Shown one piece after another: positions 35,594 to 45,852 of a DNA stretch of 64,000 nt. Numbering within the stretch: the stretch's first letter is position 1; each line of letters begins with the position of its first letter. Below the pieces are notes generated by a model. It did no database searches and was not told the origin of the DNA. It was given only the letters and a program-made list of their open reading frames with translations. A program made the position numbers and the translations under genes. The stretch is from positions 1 through 64,000 of the IMG/VR virus record IMGVR_UViG_3300030376_006484; one strand, written 5' to 3'. Source of the stretch: a virus. Lineage: Duplodnaviria; Caudoviricetes.

Positions 35594-36045
35594 GTTGGAT
35601 GGGTATAGTCAAACAAAAGACTTACGAGGTTTATATTAAAAATCATCGTAATGCTAAAAAATACCCTAATTGGACTAAAATTAATTTACAACTAGACGGG
35701 TATGACCAATCTACATCTTCTAGAGAATTGGCTAAACATTTTTTTGAAGAAAAGTCTTTCAATCTTGGAGACAAAAATCCTTTCATTGTTGAAGGAGACA
35801 ACACATCGGGTTATGTCGTTCCTTATGGTTTTGGAACTGCAAGTCCCATGATGGGTTCCGAATACAATAGATTTCAAGGAGAGAATGTTCTTTTTGCAAA
35901 TGGCCCAACATATTTTTATGAGATTGTTGAGTCGGGAGAACAACCAAAGAATGCTAAACCGCCTACTTTTACTATGGCTGAAAAAATTAGTAATTATGTT
36001 AGGATTAACAAAGAACAAGGTGTAGATGTTAGCGATTATTTTTAA
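35590..36045 (+). CDS. WxxIxK-leader cassette protein (MSWMGIVKQ)
   Basis: GAGG SD and junction repeat before ATG 35590. Confidence 0.7.
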   Translation: MSWMGIVKQKTYEVYIKNHRNAKKYPNWTKINLQLDGYDQSTSSRELAKHFFEEKSFNLGDKNPFIVEGDNTSGYVVPYGFGTASPMMGSEYNRFQGENVLFANGPTYFYEIVESGEQPKNAKPPTFTMAEKISNYVRINKEQGVDVSDYF

Positions 36046-36054
36046 GGTGATTAA

Positions 36055-37668
36055 ATGGCTACTTCTGTATTAACTATTGACGAGGTTTTCCTCAAGTTGT
36101 TTAGGGATTATGAAGATGCTAACTTGAAGGAGTACATTGAAATCCTTTCAAAGAAGAAGCCTAATCACACAGTCTTGAGGAAGATGATGGTTCCTTTTTT
36201 GGACAGGGACTTACAAGATATAAAGGGGCTATTGAGAACCAAATACGCTAAAGAAGTAGAAGCGATTGCTACGAGTTTTAATATTAAACCTCTTGCTAAA
36301 GTGAGGAGAGTTTTGAAGCCCAAGTTGTATGAATTGGCTAGATATGCCGGTAAGACAGAACAGGAAATGTCTATTGCTGAATTGGTTCAAGGGTTTAGTA
36401 AGATTACCGATAAGGCAAAACGGGATGATTACAGAAAAAGGATAACTGCTATTATTGAGAGTAGAGATAAATTAACTAGTGATAAATTAGGAGGGGTTTC
36501 TAAGCAAAGCCTTTTTGATTTTTTGACAGAAGTAGAAGAAGAAGAGATGGAAAAAACCCTACAACCCTACTCTAAGGAGGAACAAGCAAAAATGCTTAAG
36601 GAAATTGAGGGCAAGTTACTAACTGCCGTCATTGTTGTAACACATTCAACAGGCCGATTTATTTCTTATTATCCTGCTAAAGAGATAAATAAAAACATGG
36701 ATTTAGACCTAGAAGGTAAAATTTATGTTACGCCTTCATATTCTCCTAGATGGGAAAAATTGCGAAAAGTCTTAGAATTATCAATTCAAGGCACTTTTTC
36801 TATTGGTTCAAGTGTTGGGGTAGAAAAGGAAACTTATACTCTTAATGACACAGATGCTTTCTTGGGTAAGTATTTGGATATGTTGCAAAATGTTTCGTCT
36901 AGCAAAAAAGATAAAAAAGCAGAAAAAGTGGGTAAACAAAATAAGAGAAAATTTCTTCCCGAACTTAAAGGGAGAAAAACATGGAGTCCTAAATCAATTA
37001 TTTTTAGGGGGAAGGAAGGAGGGAGTGACTCTATTTTGTTTAATCCTCATTTGAGAAAGATGATTACAGACCCTACTTATTTTGCTTCTGTATTTAAGAC
37101 GGGATATACTGATGATAAAATCAACGAGTACTTTCCCAATGCTCAAGGTAGAAATTTAGGTACTAGATTGTTTCTCTTTGAAGGGGAGAACTACACAAAC
37201 GCTTTAGAAGAATTAGATGAAGCAGAAATAGATTACCAAGTTAATGAAGGTAGACAACTTGTATTGCTTGATGAAATGCTTAGTGATAAGGACTTTTTTG
37301 AAGAACAAGATGTGAAAACCAAAGAAATTATTTCCGAAGAAGAAACTTTAGAACTAGACCCCGACTATTCCAAAGACAGTTATTTCTTTGAAGGGCGACC
37401 AATAGGGGAAACTAAACAAGATGTTATAGAAAGTTTAGAGGTTGCTATTTTGGCGGGCGAATTTTATGATGACTATTTTAGCGCAATAATAGGAAAAACA
37501 ATTAGGGTAACGCCCGAACTTCTTGATAGAATAGAGGCGGCTATGAAGGAATTTGAAGAGGATTTCAATACCGCCATACGGAAAAAAATACGCTTCCTTG
37601 CAGAGAACGCAGATGAGAGAGTGCTTAAATACCTAGCCGCATACGAATTAATCAATAAGAACGAATAG
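36055..37668 (+). CDS. Large hypothetical protein (possible internal virion protein)
   Basis: 537 aa, AGGTGA SD, late region. Confidence 0.75.
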   Translation: MATSVLTIDEVFLKLFRDYEDANLKEYIEILSKKKPNHTVLRKMMVPFLDRDLQDIKGLLRTKYAKEVEAIATSFNIKPLAKVRRVLKPKLYELARYAGKTEQEMSIAELVQGFSKITDKAKRDDYRKRITAIIESRDKLTSDKLGGVSKQSLFDFLTEVEEEEMEKTLQPYSKEEQAKMLKEIEGKLLTAVIVVTHSTGRFISYYPAKEINKNMDLDLEGKIYVTPSYSPRWEKLRKVLELSIQGTFSIGSSVGVEKETYTLNDTDAFLGKYLDMLQNVSSSKKDKKAEKVGKQNKRKFLPELKGRKTWSPKSIIFRGKEGGSDSILFNPHLRKMITDPTYFASVFKTGYTDDKINEYFPNAQGRNLGTRLFLFEGENYTNALEELDEAEIDYQVNEGRQLVLLDEMLSDKDFFEEQDVKTKEIISEEETLELDPDYSKDSYFFEGRPIGETKQDVIESLEVAILAGEFYDDYFSAIIGKTIRVTPELLDRIEAAMKEFEEDFNTAIRKKIRFLAENADERVLKYLAAYELINKNE

Positions 37669-37676
37669 GTGTTACT

Positions 37677-40193
37677 ATGGCTATACAAAAAAAGGTAAGA
37701 TTAGACCAAGAAGCCTTTGATTCTTTGAATCTAACAGAAGAAGAGGTAATGGATGCCTTGTCCGGTGAACCTTTACAAGAGTACGAAAGGACAGGTGATG
37801 TTAGAATAGCACGAAAAGGTGTTAGAGATGTACTTTTGCCTATTCTAGAAAAGAGAATACAGGACATGGGTATTGAATCTAATGAGAAGGGTAAGTCCTT
37901 AGTTGCTCTAACAATGTCAAAGGTCACAAGTATTCTAACTAGGGGTAGGTTAGAGGGTTTGTTAGATAAGGATGAGAATACAAAGGTCAAAGATAGAAGG
38001 GTATATCAAAGCCTCATTAATAGATTATACAGTGGGATTCTCTACGAAGATAGAAAATTAGAAGTAGAGGACTTTATTACAGGTATTGATTCTACAAAGA
38101 TTTCAAGGAACCCAAAAAGAGATAGAATTACTTCTACTTACTTAAATAATCTAATAAATAGAGAATTGGAAGGTAAAAATAGGGATGCTGCTTCTGTTTG
38201 GTTTGATTCCCATTCTTCTAGTCACAAGGCAATAGAAGACGGTTTGATTGCATTTAACAATCAACAAAGTGCTAAAAGAAGAGAAGGCATTTCTCCCGTA
38301 GTAGTAATTAGAGATGACATTCTAACTTTCATGGGTTCTACTTCAAAGAAGATTTTGGATAGGAAAGATACTATTTACAACACTTGGAAACAAATTGAAG
38401 GTAGATTTGACGGTGTTAAAAAACAATCGGAGATAGTGAAGAAACAATTTGGTTTAGAAGACAATCACCCCTTTGCTAAGGCAACGGCTGATTTAGAAAA
38501 TTATGTTGTGGAGTATTCTCCTGTTTCAGTAAAAAGAGCAAATCCTAAATTGGTTGCTCTTGATTTGTTGGATGCTTTTATGAAAAGGTCGGGAAGAAAT
38601 GTTTTTGAAACGGACACTACAGTTACTATAGATTCTGTAGGGATGCCGACTGTAGAAGAAGGAACCATGAGCATGACTGATAAAACAGATGAGCAGAACC
38701 AAATAACTAGGAAGGAAATGGAAGCGGCCAACAAAGGCTTAGGGGTTGCAGTAGACCCTATTTCTAGATACTACATGAATAAAATGTTGGGGGGTGCTTT
38801 TATGGATGAAAGGCACTTTGAAGAAATTACCGAGTTACTCAAAGATTATTCTAAGAGAATTAGTTTCGGTAAGCGTGATTATGAAAATCTAGATAAATTC
38901 ATTTCCGATATTCCCAAAATTGCCGGTGCTAATACTGACACAGTGTTTTTGCCTATTCACTTCTCAAGAGGGTTCTTGGATGCAGGGGATAATAAAATGG
39001 ATTCTAAGATAGACCCAATAAACAAAATATGGCGAGAGTATTTTATGGCTTTAGGTGGACTAATTGAGCAGGGCTACAGAATGCCTAAGAAAACAAAACA
39101 AACATCAAACATTGGAACAATCGGCGAAGAGGTTAAAGAGACAGGGGCGAAATTAACTCTAAATACCTATGTGGCTCAATTTCAAGGAAGGCCCATGAAT
39201 TTTAAAGAAACAAGTAAAGAACAGGCAGATGCACTAAAAGAATTATTTGTTCGCTTAGAGTTGTATATGTTTAGTCCACTATCAAACCCCTTTATTACGC
39301 TAGGGTATAATTTTAAAGACATTAAGAAAACCTCAAGTTACAAAATCATGTCTGTTTATGCCGATAGAAATAATGTTTTGGAAGGAGAACTAACACAGGA
39401 TGAAAACAAAAATTGGGTATTTGCAGGACAACCTTTTGAAAGTAAAGCAGAAGCCGAAACTGCAAGGTCAAAGGGTTCAACTAATTCCACTAAGGCTATC
39501 TCTACATTATACCAACTTCTTGATAAAAAAGGGGGTAGCATGATTACCAATAAACAAATAAAAATCATTGAAGAATTTTTAGAATCCCTTCGGGTTAATG
39601 TTGAGGTTGAAAGTGTCAAAAGACAGACTAACAAACTATACAAATTCGTAATAAAAAGGCTATACAAAAAAGCAGGTAAGGGTTTCTTAGACCGAGCAAG
39701 AGAAGGTCTAGGGAGACTTGTTGCTTCTGTATTCAATAAAATTAATGAAACAGGTAGCGTAACTACACTAGGAGTAGATAGTGCAGACTTCAAAGGCGAA
39801 GACTATGACATTGATGATGTAGTGGCGTTATTGGAATTGAAAGATTTCTTAGCAGAAAACGCAGATAGGCTAAACAATAAAAAGAAAGCAGAAACACTAG
39901 TAGGGAAATTCAACCAAATATCTAAGGCTAATCCTATCAAAAACAAAATCTTGCAAGCACATGATTCCTTTAGAATACTGAAAGGCTTGCCTATCTATTA
40001 TGGTAAAGGGCAAACGGATTCAGTAGAAGACATTTCTAAAATGATTGATGTTGTTTATGATAAAATGGGTATTCATATAGTTGGTAATGAGATTGTTAAG
40101 ATGGTGGAAGAGGTTGATTCATTCACTTCTATTGCTACTAATGTTGGTGTGACAGAAGAAGTTGTCTACTTTGTCAAGGCTAACTTTAGGTGA
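37677..40193 (+). CDS. Large hypothetical protein (possible internal virion protein)
   Basis: 838 aa; C-terminal HTH-like FTSIATNVGVTEEVVYFVK. Confidence 0.75.
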   Translation: MAIQKKVRLDQEAFDSLNLTEEEVMDALSGEPLQEYERTGDVRIARKGVRDVLLPILEKRIQDMGIESNEKGKSLVALTMSKVTSILTRGRLEGLLDKDENTKVKDRRVYQSLINRLYSGILYEDRKLEVEDFITGIDSTKISRNPKRDRITSTYLNNLINRELEGKNRDAASVWFDSHSSSHKAIEDGLIAFNNQQSAKRREGISPVVVIRDDILTFMGSTSKKILDRKDTIYNTWKQIEGRFDGVKKQSEIVKKQFGLEDNHPFAKATADLENYVVEYSPVSVKRANPKLVALDLLDAFMKRSGRNVFETDTTVTIDSVGMPTVEEGTMSMTDKTDEQNQITRKEMEAANKGLGVAVDPISRYYMNKMLGGAFMDERHFEEITELLKDYSKRISFGKRDYENLDKFISDIPKIAGANTDTVFLPIHFSRGFLDAGDNKMDSKIDPINKIWREYFMALGGLIEQGYRMPKKTKQTSNIGTIGEEVKETGAKLTLNTYVAQFQGRPMNFKETSKEQADALKELFVRLELYMFSPLSNPFITLGYNFKDIKKTSSYKIMSVYADRNNVLEGELTQDENKNWVFAGQPFESKAEAETARSKGSTNSTKAISTLYQLLDKKGGSMITNKQIKIIEEFLESLRVNVEVESVKRQTNKLYKFVIKRLYKKAGKGFLDRAREGLGRLVASVFNKINETGSVTTLGVDSADFKGEDYDIDDVVALLELKDFLAENADRLNNKKKAETLVGKFNQISKANPIKNKILQAHDSFRILKGLPIYYGKGQTDSVEDISKMIDVVYDKMGIHIVGNEIVKMVEEVDSFTSIATNVGVTEEVVYFVKANFR

Positions 40194-40197
40194 TTTT

Positions 40198-41625
40198 GTG
40201 GAAATAGGCGCACTTAACTTAGAACATGAAATGGATATTAAATTATCCCAACAATCATTTTCTTATTTCTTTGAGCATGTGTTAGGCTTTCAAATGACCA
40301 ACCATCAACTTGAATGGTTGTCTTTGATGGATGAAAGTAATCGTAATGTCATCATTTGTAGTCGGGGTCACGGTAAGTCTGTATTCATGCACAGTTGGGT
40401 GGTTTGGAATTTAGTTTTCCAACCTGCTCCATACCAAATAGTGTATATGTCTTCTAACCAAAAACAGACTAATATGCACATGAAGTCTATTGATAAGTTA
40501 TTCAACAATCCTGTTCTTTCCAAGTACAAACCTACAGGTTCTAAGGGTTGGGCTGTTGAAGAAATGAATTTAGTCAATGGTAATTCTATTGTCGCTCGCT
40601 CTGTAAATTCGCAGGTTCGTGGTCTTCATCCTCAAGAAATTATCATTGACGACCCTTTGAAGGAGTTTAGTTTAGTAGGTATCCAAAAAGTTACAGATTG
40701 GTTTTTCGGAGATATGATTCCTGCACTTCATCACACGGCTTCTCTAAGAATTATTGGAACTCCGTTTTCTTACACAGATATTTATTCTCAATTAGAAGAA
40801 AATACTCAATACCTTGTGCGTAAATATCCATGTTTGAATGCTCTTAATGAACCACTTTGGCCTAAGCGATGGGACTATGATTCTTTAATGAATAGGAAGG
40901 CTGAAATCGGTTCTTTAAAATTCACAAGAGAATACATGTGCGTTCCTATTTCAACGGGTACTTCTTTATTCAATCCCGAATACTTAGAGAAAGCCAAGAA
41001 TAAAAGTTTGGTTTTATCGTCCCGAAGGAGAGAAGGCTACAAATATTATGTAGGGATTGACCCTGCTATTTCTACTGATGGAGACTACAATGTTATTACT
41101 GTTCTAGAAGTAGATGAGCATGACAATAAATCTATTGTTTATGTTGATAGAGCAAAGAATGTAGAGTTTAGAGATAACATACAGAAGGTTAGATTGATAG
41201 GAAAAGTATTCAATCCCGAAGTTGTTTTGTTTGAGACGAATGTTTTCGCTAAATCTTTTACTCAAGAATTAAGGAATGTGTCGGATATAAATGTTCACGA
41301 CTTCAACACTACAAGAAAGAAGAAACAAGATATTGTTTTAAATTTACAAATGAATTTTGAAAACAGTAAAATACATTTACCCTATGGTAATGAAGAGAGT
41401 CGGCGGGTTACTACTGCCCTTATTGAGGAATTATCTATGTTTTCTATTACAGATAAGGGTAAGTTTGAGGGTGTTGGGGCGCATGACGATATGGTTATGA
41501 GCCTTGCTTTAGCGAATGCCGCCACACAAAAGGCAAGTGAAAATTTCTTATTGTTAGACGACTTGGGCTTATTTAGCGAGAGGCCACATAACCCGTATCA
41601 AGGCATTATGGGGCTTAATTTTTAA
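40198..41625 (+). CDS. terL: Terminase large subunit
   Basis: Walker A SRGHGKS, VRG, Walker B IIIDD, IGTP, nuclease GIDPA...HDDMVMSLALA; start uncertain (40198 GTG or 40231 ATG). Confidence 0.93.
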   Translation: MEIGALNLEHEMDIKLSQQSFSYFFEHVLGFQMTNHQLEWLSLMDESNRNVIICSRGHGKSVFMHSWVVWNLVFQPAPYQIVYMSSNQKQTNMHMKSIDKLFNNPVLSKYKPTGSKGWAVEEMNLVNGNSIVARSVNSQVRGLHPQEIIIDDPLKEFSLVGIQKVTDWFFGDMIPALHHTASLRIIGTPFSYTDIYSQLEENTQYLVRKYPCLNALNEPLWPKRWDYDSLMNRKAEIGSLKFTREYMCVPISTGTSLFNPEYLEKAKNKSLVLSSRRREGYKYYVGIDPAISTDGDYNVITVLEVDEHDNKSIVYVDRAKNVEFRDNIQKVRLIGKVFNPEVVLFETNVFAKSFTQELRNVSDINVHDFNTTRKKKQDIVLNLQMNFENSKIHLPYGNEESRRVTTALIEELSMFSITDKGKFEGVGAHDDMVMSLALANAATQKASENFLLLDDLGLFSERPHNPYQGIMGLNF

Positions 41626-41634
41626 GGTGATTAA

Positions 41635-43623
41635 ATGGCTATTGCAACTACCGAGGAATTACGGGAGGCTAGTGATAAACTAGAAGATGTTGCAGAATCA
41701 CAAGAGGATGCTGAAAACGATTTGGATAATTTGTTTTCTAGTTTACAGAAGGGATTGTTTATTGAGTCGGAATATGAAATTGTTAAGCGAGTATGCAAAG
41801 AGTACAATATTAATGCTAGCCAAGCCAAAAGAAACATTGAATATTTCCCTCCTAATTATCAAATGTATGAGCAAGATATACCGGCGGTTATAAAAACTCT
41901 TAGAAAAGAAAGAAGGAGTCTCAAAGGCCAATACAGGGATAGTATGACTAAAAGCATTGATTCTTTAATAGAAGGATACAGTGAGCATATTGATAAGTGC
42001 ATAGATAGTTTGTATTGGTTGCATCCTTACAAAGCAACATTGAAAAAGATGACCTTCAAAGAATCGGATTTGAGAAAACTACATTCTGTGAAAGAGGCGG
42101 AAGGCAGAAGGGATATTGTAGATTCTCTTTGTAAGTATTGGGAAGCAGATTTGGATAAAAGAGAAGTGAATTATGGTAGGGTTTATGCTTCTTTAGATAA
42201 AGACATGAGGCTTGCTAAAAGTGATTTTAGAAAACATTTGAAACAAATCCCCGATGTTGTTCTTAGAAAAAACATTAAAGAAAAAACCCAAGAGTTTATT
42301 TTAAAGCAAGTTTGTGACCATCAAGGAATTAGTGCTAGGCAAATACATGATAGAATGCCTTCTCAATTATATGATAGAAACTCTTGGAATACGATTTCTA
42401 AAATATCAAAAGGACTAGATATTGTTTCTCTAGAAGGTAAGTACTACAAACTTAATGGGGAGATAAAGAAAAATATTTGGGCCTATACTGCGGCTTTTAT
42501 TGACTCGGATGGATACATTACAATGGATAGGAAATTTAATCCTAGAGTCGGGCTTGTTGCTACAGGTGATAGAGGTAAAGTTTTCATGCAAGAAATACAT
42601 AAGGCGATTGGCTTTGGTAAATTACATCTTGACCAAAAATCTCCCCAAGATACTAGACCCGTCAATCGTTTAAATTTTTATTCTCAAGATGATGTTTATA
42701 ATTTGTTAGTTAAGTGTCTTCCTCATTTTAGAATGAAGGGGCCAAACGCAAAACTTCTTTTGGAGTTAGTTAGAATAAAGAAAGGACACAAGAAGGCTAG
42801 TTGGTATAAAGATAGATGCGGTGAAATTTTTAAGTTGATGAAGTGGGAAAATCATCGTGACCATGTAGGTTTTGATTTTGAGAAAGAGGGGATTTACAAA
42901 GACGATATTCAAAAATACAGAGATAATTGTAAAATGTCTGTTATGGATTCATTAGAACAAATTGGTGGTATGGTTCTTAAGCAAAAAGAATATGACCCCG
43001 AAGAGAATTTAAAAAAATATGGGACTAAAGATAGGCTACCCAAAAGACCTCCTTATCAAACACAAACTCCTGATTTTTTAAGAAGTAAAGGATATAATAT
43101 CACTGAGGTTAAGGAAACTGAAAACGGATATGTCGGAAAAGACGGAAACAATTATTCTTATGCCTTAGTTAGAGATATTCGTCGGGTAGGCAATTATTAT
43201 GAGGGTAGTCCTATATTGTATGATGATGAAGGTAATAGATTAGATAAGAACTCATATGAATACGAACAACAAAAAGAAGAAATAAAAGAAGCAACTGAGG
43301 ATATTTTTAATCACCATCAAGAAGTATTTGAGGCTAGAGAACACTGGGCCAATGAAGGTTGGGAAACTAACACTAGAAAAGGCCGCAAATACAAAAAAAT
43401 GATGGACTATTATGATAAAAATTATCGCCCTATTGAAGAACAAAAAGAAAGGGAATTAGAAGAAAGAGTAGAAGCCGCAAAGGATTTAATGTATAATACT
43501 TTCAACATGAATAGGAACCATCCTAAAGCCCTACAACTACAACAATTGAAAATGTTTATGAGAGATAAACCTAAAGAATATCAACAGATGGTTGATGATT
43601 TAAAAGAAGCGGGGGAGTTTTAA
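41635..43623 (+). CDS. Multidomain protein with LAGLIDADG endonuclease domain
   Basis: WAYTAAFIDSDGYI, IGFGKL, CLPHFRMK; preceded by HTH-like GISARQIH. Confidence 0.8.
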   Translation: MAIATTEELREASDKLEDVAESQEDAENDLDNLFSSLQKGLFIESEYEIVKRVCKEYNINASQAKRNIEYFPPNYQMYEQDIPAVIKTLRKERRSLKGQYRDSMTKSIDSLIEGYSEHIDKCIDSLYWLHPYKATLKKMTFKESDLRKLHSVKEAEGRRDIVDSLCKYWEADLDKREVNYGRVYASLDKDMRLAKSDFRKHLKQIPDVVLRKNIKEKTQEFILKQVCDHQGISARQIHDRMPSQLYDRNSWNTISKISKGLDIVSLEGKYYKLNGEIKKNIWAYTAAFIDSDGYITMDRKFNPRVGLVATGDRGKVFMQEIHKAIGFGKLHLDQKSPQDTRPVNRLNFYSQDDVYNLLVKCLPHFRMKGPNAKLLLELVRIKKGHKKASWYKDRCGEIFKLMKWENHRDHVGFDFEKEGIYKDDIQKYRDNCKMSVMDSLEQIGGMVLKQKEYDPEENLKKYGTKDRLPKRPPYQTQTPDFLRSKGYNITEVKETENGYVGKDGNNYSYALVRDIRRVGNYYEGSPILYDDEGNRLDKNSYEYEQQKEEIKEATEDIFNHHQEVFEAREHWANEGWETNTRKGRKYKKMMDYYDKNYRPIEEQKERELEERVEAAKDLMYNTFNMNRNHPKALQLQQLKMFMRDKPKEYQQMVDDLKEAGEF

Positions 43624-44324
43624 TGTGGTTTGATATTCTTAAAGAAAGAGTTGGTTCTAAGGTTCAGCAGGAAATGTCTGCTTTAGCAGATAAAGTACCT
43701 ATACCTAATATGGATAAAGATTTTGACTTTAAGAAAGAATATACATATGACGAATTAATACCATTATTAGAATTCGGTAGTAGTGTTGAATACGATTTAG
43801 ACAAGGTTCTCAAAGAGTTTATGTCTGAAAAATATAGATATGAAAATATGTCTGAATCAGACCGTAAGGCTTTAAGAAGAAGAGGTGAAATGCCTAAACC
43901 TTTTACTTTAGAAGAAGTAAAGGATAAGATTCTTTTTAGATTGGATGGTGGTGATTTTGATATTAAAGAAGAAAACGGTAAAACAATTATTAATGTACCT
44001 ACATTTAAAGAAGATGTTGATAATCTAAAAACAAATGCCTTAGATGAATTATATGCGGGTAAAAAGCAAACTGCTAATCAACCTAAAAAACCTAAATGGT
44101 ATACTGATTATAGGGCGGAGGATGTTATAGACCCCGATGTATATACCGAGAGGAAAAAGAAAACCATGGCTGAGAATTTTCTTGGTAGGTTGATGGCCGG
44201 TTTAAGGAAGGAAAGAAGGGGGTTCCATACACCATCAAAAAACAAACTACACCCTCAATACGGTAGACTTAGAGAACTTGAAGCCCGTAATAAAAAGGTG
44301 CATAGGAGAGAGGATTTAAAATGA
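43623..44324 (+). CDS. WxxIxK-leader protein
   Basis: MWFDILKE. Confidence 0.7.
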   Translation: MWFDILKERVGSKVQQEMSALADKVPIPNMDKDFDFKKEYTYDELIPLLEFGSSVEYDLDKVLKEFMSEKYRYENMSESDRKALRRRGEMPKPFTLEEVKDKILFRLDGGDFDIKEENGKTIINVPTFKEDVDNLKTNALDELYAGKKQTANQPKKPKWYTDYRAEDVIDPDVYTERKKKTMAENFLGRLMAGLRKERRGFHTPSKNKLHPQYGRLRELEARNKKVHRREDLK

Positions 44325-44346
44325 CTCGTAGTCAAAGGAGAGGTCT

Positions 44347-44724
44347 ATGATGTGGTTTGAAGAATTGAAGAAAGAGAAGGATGCCTGTTATCGTAAGGTA
44401 AAGTCCCGCTACAAAAAGTGGCCTTCTGCTTATGCTTCGGGTGCTTTGGTTCAATGCAGAAAAGTTGGTGCAAAGAATTGGGGTAATTCTGTAAAGAAAG
44501 GCGGAGATAACTTCGCTAGAGAAAAGAAAGAAGGACTTCACGGTTGGTTTTCACGAAGAGGTGGAGATGGACAGAAAGGTTGGGTTTCTTGTCAATCATG
44601 TGAAGATGATAAAGAAGGGACAAAACCCTGTGGCCGTAAAGATGCTACTAAAGGAACTAAACAAAGATGTAGGCCGACATGTGCGGCTTGCAAAACCTAC
44701 AAAAGAAGGAAGGGAACAAAATGA
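44347..44724 (+). CDS. WxxIxK-leader basic Cys-rich protein
   Basis: MMWFEELKKE; DACYRKVKSRYKKWPSAYASGALVQCRK motif recalled from marine phage proteins. Confidence 0.7.
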   Translation: MMWFEELKKEKDACYRKVKSRYKKWPSAYASGALVQCRKVGAKNWGNSVKKGGDNFAREKKEGLHGWFSRRGGDGQKGWVSCQSCEDDKEGTKPCGRKDATKGTKQRCRPTCAACKTYKRRKGTK

Positions 44725-45113
44725 TTTGGAAAAAAATATTGAAAGCGCACTGCAATACAGAAAAAGCCGGTTACGGTTCCGATTGTAATTGTAGTGCATG
44801 TGAAGAAAAAATGGAAAAGAAACTTGTCGGTGGTCAAAGAAAATTAGACCGAGACAAAGATGGAAAGATTACAGGTAAGGATTTTTCCATGTTAAGAGAT
44901 AGTGCTAAGAAGGCTGACCCAACAGAAACAATCGTTTCTACTCTAGAAGAAGAGGGTGGAGCATCCGGTTTAGAACCTCTAGAAGAGTCCACTAAAATGT
45001 CTAAGGATGAATTAAAAGATATGCTAGAGAACATGGAAAATGTTGTTCAGCACAAAAAGGGAGACTATATTTTGTTAGATGGTTTGCCTTTACCTACAGA
45101 AGAAGAGGAATAA
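44721..45113 (+). CDS. WxxIxK-leader protein with EF-hand-like loop
   Basis: MIWKKILKA; LDRDKDGKITGKDF. Confidence 0.7.
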   Translation: MIWKKILKAHCNTEKAGYGSDCNCSACEEKMEKKLVGGQRKLDRDKDGKITGKDFSMLRDSAKKADPTETIVSTLEEEGGASGLEPLEESTKMSKDELKDMLENMENVVQHKKGDYILLDGLPLPTEEEE

Positions 45114-45115
45114 GT

Positions 45116-45517
45116 ATGAGTTGGAAAATTTTAGTCAAGGCATTTTCTTGTCCTGTTGCTACTCAAGATTTGAAATTGAATACTAAAAATAGAGATAGAG
45201 CAGTCAAGGAAAAGTACATTCAGTACGGGCCTTTGAATTTAGAAGATGAAGACTATTGGGTTAGGTATGCAAAGAAATGGAATACTACTGCTGATGTTGC
45301 TAAGAAGTCTAATTGTAGTAATTGCGTAGCGTTTGATATTTCTCCTAGAATGGATGAATGTATGCCTCTAAATACAGACGAAGATGGCCGTTTAGGTTAT
45401 TGTTGGATGCACGATTTCAAATGTCATTCTGCTAGAACTTGCTACACTTGGGCTAAAGGTGGCCCAATTGATGATGATAAGACCTCAAAAGAAAACCAAC
45501 AGAGGAGAGAAAAATGA
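45116..45517 (+). CDS. WxxIxK-leader Cys-rich protein
   Basis: MSWKILVKA; CSNCVAF...GYCWMHDFKCHSARTCYTW. Confidence 0.7.
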   Translation: MSWKILVKAFSCPVATQDLKLNTKNRDRAVKEKYIQYGPLNLEDEDYWVRYAKKWNTTADVAKKSNCSNCVAFDISPRMDECMPLNTDEDGRLGYCWMHDFKCHSARTCYTWAKGGPIDDDKTSKENQQRREK

Positions 45518-45801
45518 GTTGGAAAACCATTCTAAAAAAAGACAAAAAAGATATGCGGGTTGGGACTGTATATCCTAGTGATAGAAGCGGTAAGAAAATC
45601 ATGATGCTCACCCATGAAGGAAAGAAAATTCATGCGGGTGCTAAAGGATATGGTAACTACAAAGGAAAGGGTAAAAATCGTGGTGGTGGAACCCACAAGA
45701 ACCCTAAAAGAAGAAAGTCATTCAAAGCAAGGCATAAGTGTCACGAATGCAAAGGGAGAATAACAACTCCTAGATGTTTAGCCTGTAAGAAATTATGGTG
45801 A
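45514..45801 (+). CDS. WxxIxK-leader basic protein
   Basis: MSWKTILKK; IHAGAKGY...RRKSFKARHKC. Confidence 0.7.
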   Translation: MSWKTILKKDKKDMRVGTVYPSDRSGKKIMMLTHEGKKIHAGAKGYGNYKGKGKNRGGGTHKNPKRRKSFKARHKCHECKGRITTPRCLACKKLW

Positions 45802-45852
45802 CAACAAACATCATTAATGATGGCTATTGAACAGTAATTGGGGAGAATACAT

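Larger units (their letters stand above)
34324..35600 (+). repeat. Array of gene-junction direct repeats AGGAGAGATTACAATGA(GTTGGAAA)
   Basis: Exact copies at 34324, 34581, 34838, 35268; variants near 35480, 35509, 35578. Confidence 0.85.

Noticed and set aside
34324-35600. Regularly recurring direct repeats as a CRISPR array
   Set aside because: Spacers are mostly 200-430 bp, variable in length and protein-coding; the repeat is an SD/start junction; no cas genes
29758-36045. Diversity-generating retroelement behind the variable small ORFs
   Set aside because: No reverse transcriptase and no TR/VR pair with adenine-specific differences seen
41635-43623. Intein containing a LAGLIDADG domain
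   Set aside because: No Hint block A (C/S start) or terminal HN-C/S/T motif recognisable
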